A DNA stretch of 64,000 nucleotides from positions 15,872,001 through 15,936,000 of the forward strand of contig CM059440.1 of NCBI GenBank assembly GCA_030390025.1, read 5' to 3'. Below are positions 1 to 12,013 of the stretch, in pieces. This DNA is from Squalus acanthias (lineage: Eukaryota). The number at the start of each line of letters is the position of its first letter. Positions within the stretch are counted from its first letter, which is position 1. The notes beneath the pieces were generated by a model. It did no database searches and was not told where the DNA came from. It was given only the letters and a program-made list of their open reading frames with translations. The translations under genes and the position numbers were made by a program.

Positions 1-1124
1 TGTATATAATGGGTATGTCACTTGGCATTTAGCCATTGAGAGCACTTTAAAGTAGTCACTGCTCACAGGACAGTCTGTCCCCAGCTGTATACAGATAAGC
101 TATTGAGTAATCTTCCTCCCCCTCTCTGGGCCCTTTGTGCAACATTAACTGCAGAGTACACTGTGCTTAGTGATTGGATTTTGAAATGAGAAAGAAAGGA
201 GTAATTTTCCTGGAAAGTGGATTCCGTGAATAATGGGACTGTGCCGTACTCAGAATTGCTGCTTTCTGAACTACATAGTTCTCTTTACATATTAAGGTAG
301 TTACACAATCCACTATTTTTTTTCAAGTTAAATCACATCCATCCTCCTGTTAATACCTATGATGTCTGAAGTTTGATGACAGAAATGCTAAGTCTGTTAC
401 TTAAACCCACAACAAAAAATGTAGAAGCATTTGTTTGATTGCATAACTACCTATAAAAACATATCACACCATCATTGCTTCATCCTGAATAAGCTTCCAT
501 TCTACTTTTCACACGAACAGCTAGGAGATGTAACTGTAAATTTATCTCCACTACCTGATTCCTTGTGGCATTGCTGACAGGTAGGCAGGGATCTGGTACA
601 TGGTTGTGTTGTTTAGCTGCTAACCTGGCGTGTGATTTTAAGGCCACTGCTCATTGCATGTGGAACTGCAGGTGATTGTAGCTGCTTATAAGTATTCTGA
701 GGTCAATTAAAGGTCAATAAATTGCTTGTAAATTTTGGGCTCCAGGTGAAAAGAAGTAATAATGAAAAGCTTGGCTTTCTTTCTCTCTTTTTGAAGATTG
801 TTTTGTACCTGCAGCAAAGTATGCCGTCTGGAGTGTGACGGGTGTGTACTAGACTCAAGACTGTACGTCCATCTGTATATATGTGTATATATACACACAC
901 GTATGTAATTATAATTTGTTTGGTGTTTTAGAAGAGTCAAGCCCCATTAATGACAGGAATCCAGTTCAGTGGAATGCTGATCATTAACAGATCCTGTTTT
1001 TAAATCCTTCAAACACTGCTATGGTGTTGTGCTTGTTTCTCCACCCCCACCCAGCAACAAAAAATCCCAATTTAAGGATACTCATTCCAAATGTGATTGT
1101 TAGCAAATCTGTAGATCTTGACAA

Positions 1125-1365
1125 GCTCGCTTTGATGGATGCAGCTGCAACAACACTCAACACCATCCAGGATAGAACACTACGCTTGATTGGTGCCGCT
1201 TCTATGAGACTAAATATCCACCCCTTCCACCACCGGTGCACTGTGGCTGCAGTATATATGATCTGCATTACTCGCCAAGGTTAATTTGAAGGCACCTCCT
1301 TCCCCTGCAACCTCTATCACCAAGAAATACAAGAGTAGCAATGTTCATGGAGCATCACCACCTCC
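1125..1365 (+). mobile_element. Decayed non-LTR retrotransposon (CR1-group) ORF2 C-terminal fragment
   Basis: ORF 1021-1284 reads MDAAATTLNTIQDRTLRLIG..LNIHPFHHRCTVAAV, resembling the post-RT region of CR1-group LINEs (L..IQ.RA.RLI, L.HRR). Possibly the same family as 32608 and 48268. Confidence 0.65.
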
Positions 1366-2084
1366 AATGCACTTGTCAAAAAATGTGACTTTGTGTGGTA
1401 GGCTTCTAATTAGGGTGGAATGCACTTTGGAAACTGCAAAGACACTCAGAACTTACAGTTGGAGGACAGTGTTTTAAATTGATTTTTCTATTAAATTGCC
1501 CATTGGTATATTATCTACAACTAAGACTCAGTTTCTCATTCAGCTAACAAGTGTCCATTTCCTGTGAGTTTTCAGTTGCTAGATGCAGCTCAAATTCTAC
1601 AAACTGGACATTACATGGATCCCACAGGCACCGTTATAGTGTCTATCTTTGGTTTGGTTCGGTTCACAGTCTGGACTTGATGTTGTAAACAGTTTTATCC
1701 CCTTATCTGCCACAATAAGCATATTACTGAGATGCATTTATTTCACTTTAAGGGTGTGTTAGGTTGCAAGCTCTTTGCAAACAGAAGTATAAAATCATGT
1801 GTCCAGTGCATATCCATTACACTTCAGACATCCACTTCAGATATCACACTTCAAAATTCCAAAAAAAAGGAAGGCCAGTCATTTCCTGTTCATTTTTCTG
1901 ACCTTGATAACGGGCTTCTCCCGAAGGGCAGGAGCGAGGGATTTACAACATTCTGCAGAAACTGCCCCCAACAGTCAGCCGCTGTGTGACCTCAGGATAT
2001 GCCCATTTACACCACCACCACAGGGAGTGCCTGATTAGTGGCCTTGAAGGGACAAACCAGGTTAAGCAGACCGCCAACACTTAG

Positions 2085-2180
2085 CAACAACAACTTGTAT
2101 TTATATAGCGCCTTTAACATAGTAAAACGCCTCAAGGCGCTTCACAGGAGTATTTTAAGACAAAAAAAATCTGACACCGA
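2085..2180 (-). mobile_element. L2-type LINE 3' tail
   Basis: Minus strand ends aaggcgctatataaatacaag(ttg)n, the tail shared with the DeuSINE copies and with 37672-37893. Confidence 0.7.
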
Positions 2181-3592
2181 ATAGCAGTTAAATATCACAA
2201 CGGTGCTGCAGAGCCCAGTCTACCCATGAGCAACACGGCAGGAGATCAGCTAGTACATTTGTCTATACTGTAATAAAAGTAATATGTATGCACACATTTC
2301 ATGTTTTAATTATCTTCTCCTGTCACCCTATTTCCAGCACACTAATTCTGTCACACTTAAACTTACCTGTATAACACTTACCTCTCAATGAGTCCACCAT
2401 GTTGCACTTCCCAAGACAAGTGGCGCTGTTCTCCACAGTGCTTCTTACCGGATACCTACTACATCAGACTTTCACCTGATGTTCCTTCCAGTGCTGCCTC
2501 TCCTGCCTCTAATACTGCTCCACACTCATCAAAGAACATCCAAGGGACAGCCCCACAGACCTCCTAGAGGCAGCTTTTGCTTGCTGGTCTCACCCAACCT
2601 GACCTGGCCCACAGCTCCAGCAAGCAGCTGAGGAAGCGTTTTCGCTCCACCTGACCCAGCCCCATACAACCCCAAGATGGCCTTCTTCCCTTTCCTGTTT
2701 CTGGTGTCAGCACTTCTCTCCTGCCTCACCCTGGACTAAATCCCACAGTTCAAGAGCTTTAGAAATGTGGAGACGGGATTCGCTAAATAGTTTCCACACA
2801 ACTTAACTATTTTGCACATTAAATAATGGAGGCTTCCTCAAAGTCAGTGCTGTAAAGAACTTATACCTAGCCTCACATTCACAGACGAGAACATGGCATG
2901 GCACACACCATCACTACATCTCCCCCACACCACCACCCCCATTCCCCCCCAACACACAAAGTTCCTGCCAACTAGGATCCAACTCCCACTATTTCCAGAC
3001 CCAACAATCCCACTTTCCAATGAACACCCGTCCACTACCATCGCAGTGTGCCCACACTCTCAGGACCACTATCACAACCCAGCAGTCTCCCATTACGTCC
3101 ACATTTCCAACATGCCTCTGCAGTACTCCAAAACCTCAGAACCTTGTCCTCCTACTCCAATATTCAAAGATTTTTCCCCAAAGCTCTTACTCCACAACAC
3201 TTCTTTGCCACCATCCTGCCTATTCCCACATGTTTGACAGTCCTCCCAACATTAATAAAGCCACATCACACGCCCAGTTCTTCTATGTGCATCCTATGTT
3301 CTTCTACCTGCAGCCTAAAACAAGTTCCCCACCATCTTCCTACAAGTTGAAACAAGATCCCCACTATCTAGCCCACTGATTTACAATTTCTTCAAAAATA
3401 TAGAATTTGAACACAAAAATATTGTTAAAACACTCATAACACTTTGTAATAAAAATACATTTCTAATTATTCAGTCACCAAAAATGTTTGGCCCTCAATA
3501 TATGTTGTATAAGAAACAGGATATCCTTCAACTCACTTTGAGTAGTGTCATGAGATATCCCCTAAAAATACAAATCTGAACTTAGTGGCTCC

Positions 3593-3645
3593 AGCCTAGA
3601 TTTTCTGATTGGTGTTAAAATAACACCTGTTAGAAAATCTTGGCT
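3593..3645. repeat. 53-bp palindrome, possible minimal MITE
   Basis: agcctagattttctga...ttagaaaatcttggct with inner ggtgtta-aaa-taacacc. Confidence 0.6.
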
Positions 3646-3870
3646 TCAGTGTGTGCCATGATGTGGTACGAGCCATAGAGACCAACAAGACCCCAGGCGT
3701 GACAACTGATCTTTATTGAGTTAGCTAATCTAACCACACTGGCAATAGGGACTTTAATTTCGGCTTCAACATCCCTGGGCTACAAAAGGTAAAACTTGTC
3801 CAGGATTCTCTCGCTTAACCACTGTCCAGTGTTCCTACTGGAAATGCGTATTTGTGGATGGTGGATGTAA
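3646..3870 (+). mobile_element. Old tRNA-headed SINE (family B), partial
   Basis: Shares gagccatagagacc, gagttagctaatct and tccagtg..ctactggaaa blocks with the copies at 41025, 47632 and 55430. Confidence 0.6.
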
Positions 3871-3962
3871 ATAAAAACATACACACTAACAAAATCATCT
3901 TTAAAAATCTGACAAAACTGAAAAAATTAACAGTCTAATAAAATGAAGTCCCTGGTGCATTG

Positions 3963-4073
3963 GAACATAGGAACAGGAGTGGGCCATTCAGCCTCGAGCC
4001 TATTCTGCCATTTAAGTATCTTAACTCCATCTACCCGCCTTGGTTCCCTAACCCTTAATCCCCATGCCTAACA
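3963..4073 (-). mobile_element. CR1 3' end fragment
   Basis: Reverse complement of the ctcctgttcctatgtt tail seen at 56140-56159. Confidence 0.8.
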
Positions 4074-5074
4074 TTGTCACTTAGGGGTTAATACGGCTGG
4101 TATACTTATTTGTATGCTGTTTTCTTTTATCTGTTCTATGGTTCAAAGTGGTTTCCCTAGCTTTAGATGGTTGCACTCTGCCTTTTTGTTTTATGGGAGT
4201 GTTTAGAATTATTTTACTATTGCACTGAACTGTTGAAAAATCTGCAAAGATCTTTTGGTATCCTGGCAGCACTTTAAAAATGGAGATTTGTCTTTGAATA
4301 TTTTAAGTATAGATTTAAAAAAAAGCAATACTGACTCTTTAAAACTTTACTGGTGACAAGCAGAGATGGAGCTCTTTAGACTTGTACACTAGCCAAGTGC
4401 TGCGGGAGAATGTCTCCCTGCATAAGCATCAGTGACCAGCTATGCCAGACAATTTAGGTTTTTTCATCAAGTATTCCAAATAGTGTTGAAATGTTTAGTT
4501 GGGTATTTGGATACATGTGAACGTGATATTCAAAGTATTCTCCGTGTTCTGTTACCAGAAATAAACCAGCTCTGACTCATTCAGATAATATGTGCGTGGC
4601 ATGTCAGCTAATAAACAAATTATTACATTTTTTTTTAATGTCAATTGATGCTTCTAGAACAAATCTGAACTGCTGGATCAAATAGATGCACAGTACTTTG
4701 CCTCTAAGGGCTAACTAACTAGCTTGATGATAAGACAGTTCGTCATTAATAAATTCTCGCAGACTCCCCTCTGATTAATGTTTATTTTGGTGGGGAGGAA
4801 AAGAACACATAATGAGTACGCATAGAAAACCTATAATACAAGTTTTAGCATTATCGGATGTTACCATTTCCTAACCTCTTTAATTGTTAAGGTCAATTTT
4901 GTGCCCAGTGATTTCAATAATTACCTTTTAACTGAAACATCTGTGGTATTGAAGTGATAGAAAGTGATAAACTTCAAATAGGAATTGGCTGCAGATTTAA
5001 TTTCAGACCCAAACATGTTAATAACAAACATTTTCTGCAATGGTATCAGTTTAGTAGCATAATTTTCTTCTCCA

Positions 5075-5410
5075 GTTCTCTCCCTTCCCTCCTTTCCTGC
5101 AGACAGAATCTCTCATTAGGGTCCAATTTTGCAGGTGCTGGTCACCCTCCAGTATCTCATCCAGCTGACTGTCATTCACATGTGAGTCTTGTCAGTGAAT
5201 GTTGGCAGGCTATCAGACTGTGGGGGATATCACAGCTGAGCCCAATCCTATTGTCATCTTGTGTCAACAATTTCAATAAGGATCGCTTTATAGCAATCAG
5301 TTTCCTTTTCCTAACCCAAAGCCACTGACGCCAGTTGTAGCTGCTCCAGCTGAGATCACAGAATCAGTACAGACCAGAGATCAAATCTTGAATCTTCCCA
5401 ATCCTCATGG
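5075..5410 (-). mobile_element. SINE family B
   Basis: cacatgtgag, gagcccaatcct and cagaccagagatcaaatc blocks shared with the 46360 and 49340 copies. Confidence 0.6.
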
Positions 5411-6111
5411 ACCAGAGGTGGAGACCAACATAATTTTTTTAATTAAGAAACACGATCATATAGTAAAATAATTCTTGTAACAGTATTATATTAAAACTGT
5501 TAGAATAGTTCACTCTGACTAGCATTAAAACATTTGGAATAATTGGAGAGGAGCTACAAGACTGCAATTAATGTTCAATCCAAACTCGCAGTGTCAAACC
5601 CTCTTTCTGATATAACACAGATGGGTTTTGGCTCCCTTACTAAGATAGAAGCAATATTAAACACCTTTAGGGAAGATTTCCTCCGTGCACTGTGTATAAC
5701 AAGATCCTAAATATCTTTATAAGGAGTGCATTTCTAATTTCACTATACATGGCGCACAAAGGAAATCTTCCCTGCTTAGTGCATTTCACGATTGAACATG
5801 TCTTTGTATCGTCCCCAAAGATCATGTTACAGGGAATAATTTGAGGGGTGGAGCTTCTGCACATGCAGAATCAGTTCCCATGAGTTTAATTTGTAAAATT
5901 GGGATCAGTGACAATATGACAAGAGTGCTGGTACCAGACCCGTTAGTGAGAGAGCAGTATTGTGACATAAACAGATGAGTTATACAAGATCACATTACTG
6001 CTCTAGGATGTTATAATGTTACTTTGCACAATTCTGCTCATTGCTCTTGCATATTACAGAACTAATGATAATTTAACCTACATCCTAATACCTTGTTGCA
6101 CATCCTAGTTT

Positions 6112-6483
6112 TGTCAGCTGTGGATCAGTGGGTAGCACTCTTGCATCTCAATCTGAAGGTTGTGGGTTCAAACCCACTCCAGAGACCTGAGCACATAATC
6201 TAGGCTGACACTTCAGTACTGAGGGAGCACTGCAGTGTTGGAGGTGCTGTCTTTCGGATGACATGTTAAACCAAGACCCCATCTGCCCTCTCAGGTGGTG
6301 TAGAAGATCCAATGGCACTATTTCGAAGATGAGCAGTGCAGTTTTCCGGTGTACTGGCCAACATTTTATGCTTTAACCAGCATCATTGAAACAGATTATC
6401 TCATCATTTATCTTATTGCAATTTATGGGAAATGGTGGTGCATAAATTGGCTGCTGTGTTTCCCTACGTTTCAACAGTAACTT
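6112..6483 (+). mobile_element. DeuSINE (SacSINE1-like), 5' part, interrupted by a CR1 LINE
   Basis: tRNA-like head (A box tggatcagtggg, B box ggttcaaaccc) then the central domain gatccaatggcactatttcgaag...aaattggctgc. Colinear with the full copy at 17007-17470. Confidence 0.85.
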
Positions 6484-6500
6484 CCCAAGTCAATGACCCT

Positions 6501-7128
6501 CACTAACCGGTTTTCAGTTTTGAATATCGGGGAGGGTGATGACTCCACAGAGGAATGCAGTATGAATCAAACGCCCGGCACCACGGGAGATTTGACTGCA
6601 CACGGGGGAAAAGAAAGAGTAGAAATGCAGTAGTCATAGGGGATTCGTTAGTTAGAGGCGTCAGCAGGCGTTTCTGTAACCGCAAACGTGATTCCGGAAC
6701 GGTATGTTGCCTCCCTGGTGCCAGGGTAAAGGATATCACTGCGCGGCTGCAGGACATTCTGCGAGGGGGAAGGGGAACAGCCAGAATCATGGTCCCTGTT
6801 GGGTCCAGTGACATAGGTAGAAAAGGTGTTGAGGTTCTTCAGGCAGAGTTTTAGGAGTTAGGAAAAAGATTAAAAAACCGGACCTCAAAGGTAGTAATCT
6901 CAGGATTACTCCCAGTGCCACAGTGAGTATAGAAACAGGAAGATAGTGCAGGTAAATGGGTGGCTGAATAAGTGGTGCAGGAGGGAGGGTTTCAGATTCT
7001 TGGGGCATTGGGACTGCTTCTGGGGGACGGGGCACCTGTACAAGTTGGACGGGTTGCACCTGAACAAAGCCAGGGCCAATGTTCTTGCTGAGAGGTAAAC
7101 TAGTACTGTTGTGGAGGGTTTAAACTAA
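6501..7128 (+). pseudogene. CR1 ORF1 remnant, SGNH/GDSL esterase-like domain
   Basis: VVIGDSLVRG, CCLPGARVKD and VPVGSSD motifs; downstream frameshifted DGLHLN (gacgggttgcacctgaac); internal stop codons. Confidence 0.85.
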
Positions 7129-7129
7129 T

Positions 7130-10100
7130 TTGGCAGGGAGAGCGGAACCACAAAATAGCAGAAATGACATAAGAGGCCAAAGAGATATAAACAGCAATAA
7201 AATTAGAAATATCCCCAAAATTGCAGGGACCAGATTGAGGAAAATAGCAAAACTAACGAAGGAGTTATTAAATTGTATGTACTTCAATGTCCATAGTGTA
7301 ACTAATAAGGTTGGTGAGCTGCAGGCACAAATTGCTACATGGAATTATGCTGTGGTTGCATTAACAGGGACATGGCTCAAGCAAGGCTAGGAATGGGTTC
7401 TTAATATTTCTGATTACCAAGTATTCAGGAATGATAGAGAAGGAAAAAGAGGAGGCGGGCATTATTGATTAAGGATGATGTTACAGTTCTAAATAGAAAG
7501 GTATACTAGATGGTTCTAGGACTGAATCTATTTGGCTTGAGTTGAGGAACAGAGGGGGAGCTGTTACATTGTTGGGAATTTTTTTAAAGAGCTCCAAACC
7601 GCGAGAAGGAGGTAGATGAACAAATTTGTTGGCAAATTTCAAAGGCGTGTATCAACAACAGAGTAGTAATATTAGGAGACATTAATTACCCCAATACAAA
7701 AGCAAAATACCGCGGATGCTGGAAATCTGATGAAGGGTCATCGACCTGAAACGCTAACTCTGTTTCTCTCTCCACAGATGCTATCTGACCTGCTGAGTAT
7801 TTCTAGCATTTTCTGTTTTTATTTAATTACCCTAATATAGACTGGGAAAAGCATAATGCTAAAGGTAGGGAAGGAGAGGAATTTCTGTATGTGTACAGGA
7901 GAACTTTCTCAATCAATATGTCTCCGTCCAACAAGGAAGGAAGCAGTGTTGGATCTGGTTTCTGGGAAATGAAGCAGGGCAAGTGTTACAGTAGGAGATC
8001 ATCTAGCTAACAGTGACCACAACATAATTTGATTTAAAGTAGTTATGGAAAGAGACCAGAAAATATCGACGGTAAAAATGCTCAACTGGGGAAGAGATAA
8101 TTTCAGTGATTTAAGAAGGGACCTAGCATAAGTAGATTGGAAAAGGTGGTTGCAGGGTAAAGCAGTACCGGAGCAATGGGGGGCATTCAGGGAAGAGATA
8201 GTTCAGGTACAAACTAGGCATATTCCTTTTGAAGGGAAAATGTAGAGCATCCAAAGGTAATGCGGCCTGGATGACAAAGGAAACAAAAGTTGAGATAAAA
8301 CAGAAAAAGGAGGCAAATGACAAATGTCAGGAGCAAGTTTCAGTTAATAACCAGTACAAGAAAAGTACAAGAGGGAATTGAAAAAGTTATTACATGAGGT
8401 ACAGAGAGTTTACAAGAAAAGATTAGCAGGCAACATTAAATTGAACCCTAAAACATTTTATAAACATATAAAATGTAAGCGGTTAGCTAGGGAAAATGTT
8501 GGGCCTATTAAGGACCCAAAGGTAAATCTTCATGAAGAGGCAGAGGGCATGGCTAATGTATTAAATGAGTACTTTGCATCTGTCTTCACAAAGGAATCGG
8601 ATGATGTGAAGGTTACACTAAAAAGGAGAGGAAAGTTATGGACAGGATAGTAATAGATAGAGAAGACGTACTAAAAATATTAGCATTACTGAAAGTTGGT
8701 AAGTCACCTGGTCCAGATGGAATGCATCCTAGGTTGCTGAAAGAAGCAAAGGTAGAAATAGCAGAGGCATTGGTCACAATCTTTCAATCCACATTGGATA
8801 TAGTAGTGCTGGAGGACTGGAGGGTTGCTAATGTTATACCAATATTCAAGAAAGGAGAAAGGGATAAACCAGGAAACTACAGGCCAGTCAGCCTAACATC
8901 GGTGATGGGGAAGTTACTGGAAACCATTATCAGGGACAAAATAAATGTTCATTTGGAAAGGCATGGATTAATCAAGGAGAGCCAGCATGGATATGTTAAA
9001 GGCAAATCAAGTCTGACTAAATTGATTGAATTCTTTGATGAGGTAACAGAGAAGGTTGATCAGGATAGTGCAGTAGATGTTGTGTATCTGGACTTTCGGA
9101 AGGCATTCGATGAAGTGCCACACAGGAGGTTTATTAAGAAGATGGGAAGCCCATAGAATTAAGGGGAAAGTGGCGGTATGGATACAAAATTGGTTCAGTG
9201 GCAGAAAGCAAAAAGTGGTGGTGGTGATTGGTTTTTCAGACTGGGAGGTGGTTTGCAGTGGTGTTCCTCGAGTCAGTTTTGGGTCCATTACTCTTCAATT
9301 TTTATGAACGACCTAGACTCGGGTGTAGGGAGCAGCATTATAAAGTTTGCAGATGATACGAAACTTGGCAAAGTAATAGATAGTGATGAGGATAGTTATA
9401 GGCTTCAGGGTGACATGGACAGGATGGTGAAATGGATAGAAGCATGGCAGATGGAGTTCAGATGGCGGAGAAGTGTGAAGTGATGCACTTTGGGAGGACT
9501 AATATGGAAAGACAGTAAACTATAAATGGCACGATTTTGAAAAGTGTAGAAGAGCAGAGAGATCTTGGTGTCCATATACACAAATCCTTAAAGGTGGGCG
9601 GGCAAGTTGATAAGGTGATTAAAATAGCATATAGGTTACTTGGGTTTATAAATAGAGGAATAGAATATAAAAGCAAAGAGATCATGCTAGAACTTCAGGC
9701 CTCAGCTGGAGTATTGTGGACAATTCTTGGCACCACACTTCAGGAAAGATGTAAAGGCCTTAGAAAAGGTGCAGAGGAGGTTTACCAGGATGTTACCAGG
9801 GATGAGGGACTTCAATTATGAAGAGAGGTTGGAAAAGTTAGGATTGTTCTCTGTAGAACACAGAAGGTTAAGAGGTGACCTAATAGAGGTTTTCAGAGAT
9901 TTTGATAGAGTAGAGAAAAACTATTCCATTTGGCAAGTGGGTCAATAACTAGAGGTCATAGATTCAGAATCATTGGCAAATGATCTAGAGGGGAGATGAG
10001 GAGAAATTTTTTCACTCGGAGTTGTCGGGATCTGGAACACTTTACCTAAAAAGGTGGTGGAAGCTGATTCCATAAATAATTTTAAAAGGGAGTTGGACGG

Positions 10101-10150
10101 GTACTTGAGGATGAGGAACTTGCAGGGTTACGGACAAAAAAGCGGGGATG
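7130..10150 (+). pseudogene. CR1 ORF2 remnant (APE endonuclease plus reverse transcriptase)
   Basis: CMYFNVHS..TGTWL, GDINYPNIDW, KSPGPDGMHPRLLKE, PGNYRPVSLTS, YLDFRKAFD, KFADDTKL; several frameshifts and stops. Confidence 0.95.
7697..7822 (+). mobile_element. Small Penelope-type insertion with a hammerhead-like core, nested in the CR1 endonuclease
   Basis: Flanked by a 15-bp TSD ttaattaccc(c/t)aata (7682-7696 and 7823-7837). Contains ctgatga-a-gggtc-atc-gacct-gaaa at 7727-7751. Confidence 0.75.
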
Positions 10151-10240
10151 TGGGACTAAGCACGGCTGCTCTTTCAAAGAGCCAGTACAGGCACGATGGG
10201 CTGAATGGGCTCCTTCTGTGCTGTAAATTTCTATGATTCT

Positions 10241-10320
10241 TAAATGCTGTGAGGCCTTTATGGACACCCCGAGGTCGTGAAAGGCGCTATATAAATACAA
10301 TTATTATTTATTATTTCTTT
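10241..10320 (+). mobile_element. DeuSINE 3' tail, continuation of 6112-6483
   Basis: gctgtgaggcc..gaggtcgtgaaaggcgctatataaatacaa directly follows the CR1 tail. Confidence 0.8.
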
Positions 10321-11460
10321 CATAATAAGGTGTTGTTAGTGGGTTTGGCCAAAAATTATGTCACCAGAAATACCACAGAAATCTCTGGTTGTATTGAAGG
10401 GTTCTTTTCAAATGCTTTGTTGTAGTTAAACAGTTTTTAGCAGAAACAGTGTAGTGTTTTCCAAAGGGATTTTACTCTGGTGTATTGAAGGCATTACAAT
10501 TTTTGGGCAGCTTTGAACTATAACCAGAGTAGCCCCAAGAAAATTGAATACTGCCTTATTCAATTTGTTTTAAATACCTATGGTTTTCTGTGGAAAGAAT
10601 GAGATCTGAGAAGTGGGTGTTGTCATGTAGATTTAACATCTGATAGGTTTTAACAGGCAGAACTAGTTGTAAGCCAGTAAAATGCTTACTGAAGAGAAGG
10701 GAAAAGAAGCCTTCCCAAATGTATGGAGCTCATTTTCATACTTACACGCTTCTTTCTGTTTAGTTTGGCACTCCCGCTCAGAGCCGTGAGTTGTAGCACG
10801 TTTCTGTTTTTCCATTTCTGCCCCAAAAGTTGCACCATTGCCCCATTTTTGCTTGTACCCCTCGCCAGTACAGATCAGTGTGCTCATATCCCAGCTTCCC
10901 CACAGTCACTTACAATATCAGTAGACCATAATACATAATTCATGGCATTTTGTTGCACCATAAGGCTTTTGTATAAGCGACCACAATGAATAAAAGGGTC
11001 TGGTTCCAGATGGAAACTTGGCACGGTCTTCAATCGCAAGCCTTCCCTCCCAATCTGCACTGTACAGCTATTGAATACCTTTTTTTGGAAGCAGGAGAGG
11101 AAAGCTGAAGAAACAGAACACTCCATTAAAGAACTGGCATTCCTTTTGTAGGCATTCACAGGCTGTATTTAAAACAGTAATATCACCCTGCAGTTAGTCT
11201 CTTCACACTTTAAATGTATTCATATACTTAAAAGGTATCCAGGTTACAGATTGCAAATAAATGTGGTTATTGATGGTTCTTCTGCAGTGTTCTTAATTTC
11301 AGTTTAAAACAAGAATCTCATTAAATAGTTTTTGACATAAGAATCAATATTAGTGTTTTCTGTGGGCGTGACCCACCAAGAAAAAGCTTCAGTACCCTTT
11401 TGAATCTTTCTCCAGTATAGCTAGGTTTGAACTATACAATATACTCTGTACTACCTTTAT

Positions 11461-12013
11461 CAAGAGAAATTAAATTTCCGGTCGCCTATTTTGCGCCCAT
11501 AAAATGGAGATTAGGCCTCTGAATTTTGTGTTGATCTGGACCAGAAATACCATATTGGCTCAGGTGACTTTTAGTTATCCAGGGTGCTCAGCTGAAACAG
11601 TTGTTAGGCTCCTTAAATAAGCAACTCCGAGTCCTACGCTGAGTGTAGGACCCCAAATGTGAAATTGAGGTACAAATGGGCGGAGCTTGCACTGCACATA
11701 CTCTGACTAGTTGTACCAAGTTTTGAGCAGCCGAACCAGTAATCCTTAAAGGGACCACTGGAGCCCGCTGGAAAAAAGACACAAGAAATTTTCAGTATTA
11801 ATTTTGTGGACCCAGGTAGAAGCAAAAGTGCTCCTCTTGGGCTGACAAAAAAGCTTCAACCTACTGCCAACGTGTTCAACCCCCCCCCTCCAGGATCCTC
11901 AAACACCCTCTTGGTCGGCCCTGCGTAAATGGTTCTGGCCTCAGACCAACACATAAGAGTGGTCAGTCTGCCGACTTTGCACCTGTTTTGGGAACAAGTC
12001 GAATTTCTCCCTC
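11461..12013. mobile_element. Degenerate Harbinger-type MITE
   Basis: gagaaatt...aatttctccctc ends; internal ccttaaagggacc and gtgctcct blocks resemble 38348 and 18477. Confidence 0.45.

Larger units (their letters stand above)
6484..10240 (+). mobile_element. CR1-clade LINE, about 3.75 kb, 5'-truncated and decayed
   Basis: ORF1 esterase, APE endonuclease, RT and C-terminal LEHRRLRGDLIEVF-like segment occur in order. Ends in the CR1 tail ccttctgtgctgtaaatttctatgattct. Confidence 0.95.

Noticed and set aside
2893-3379. Three overlapping 100-119 aa ORFs
   Set aside because: By-product of the C-rich, G-poor composition; no recognisable domain.
6112-6185. tRNA gene
   Set aside because: The A/B boxes continue into a SINE body; same for 17400-17470.
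8638-9948. Functional reverse transcriptase gene
   Set aside because: Split across several frames by stops and frameshifts.
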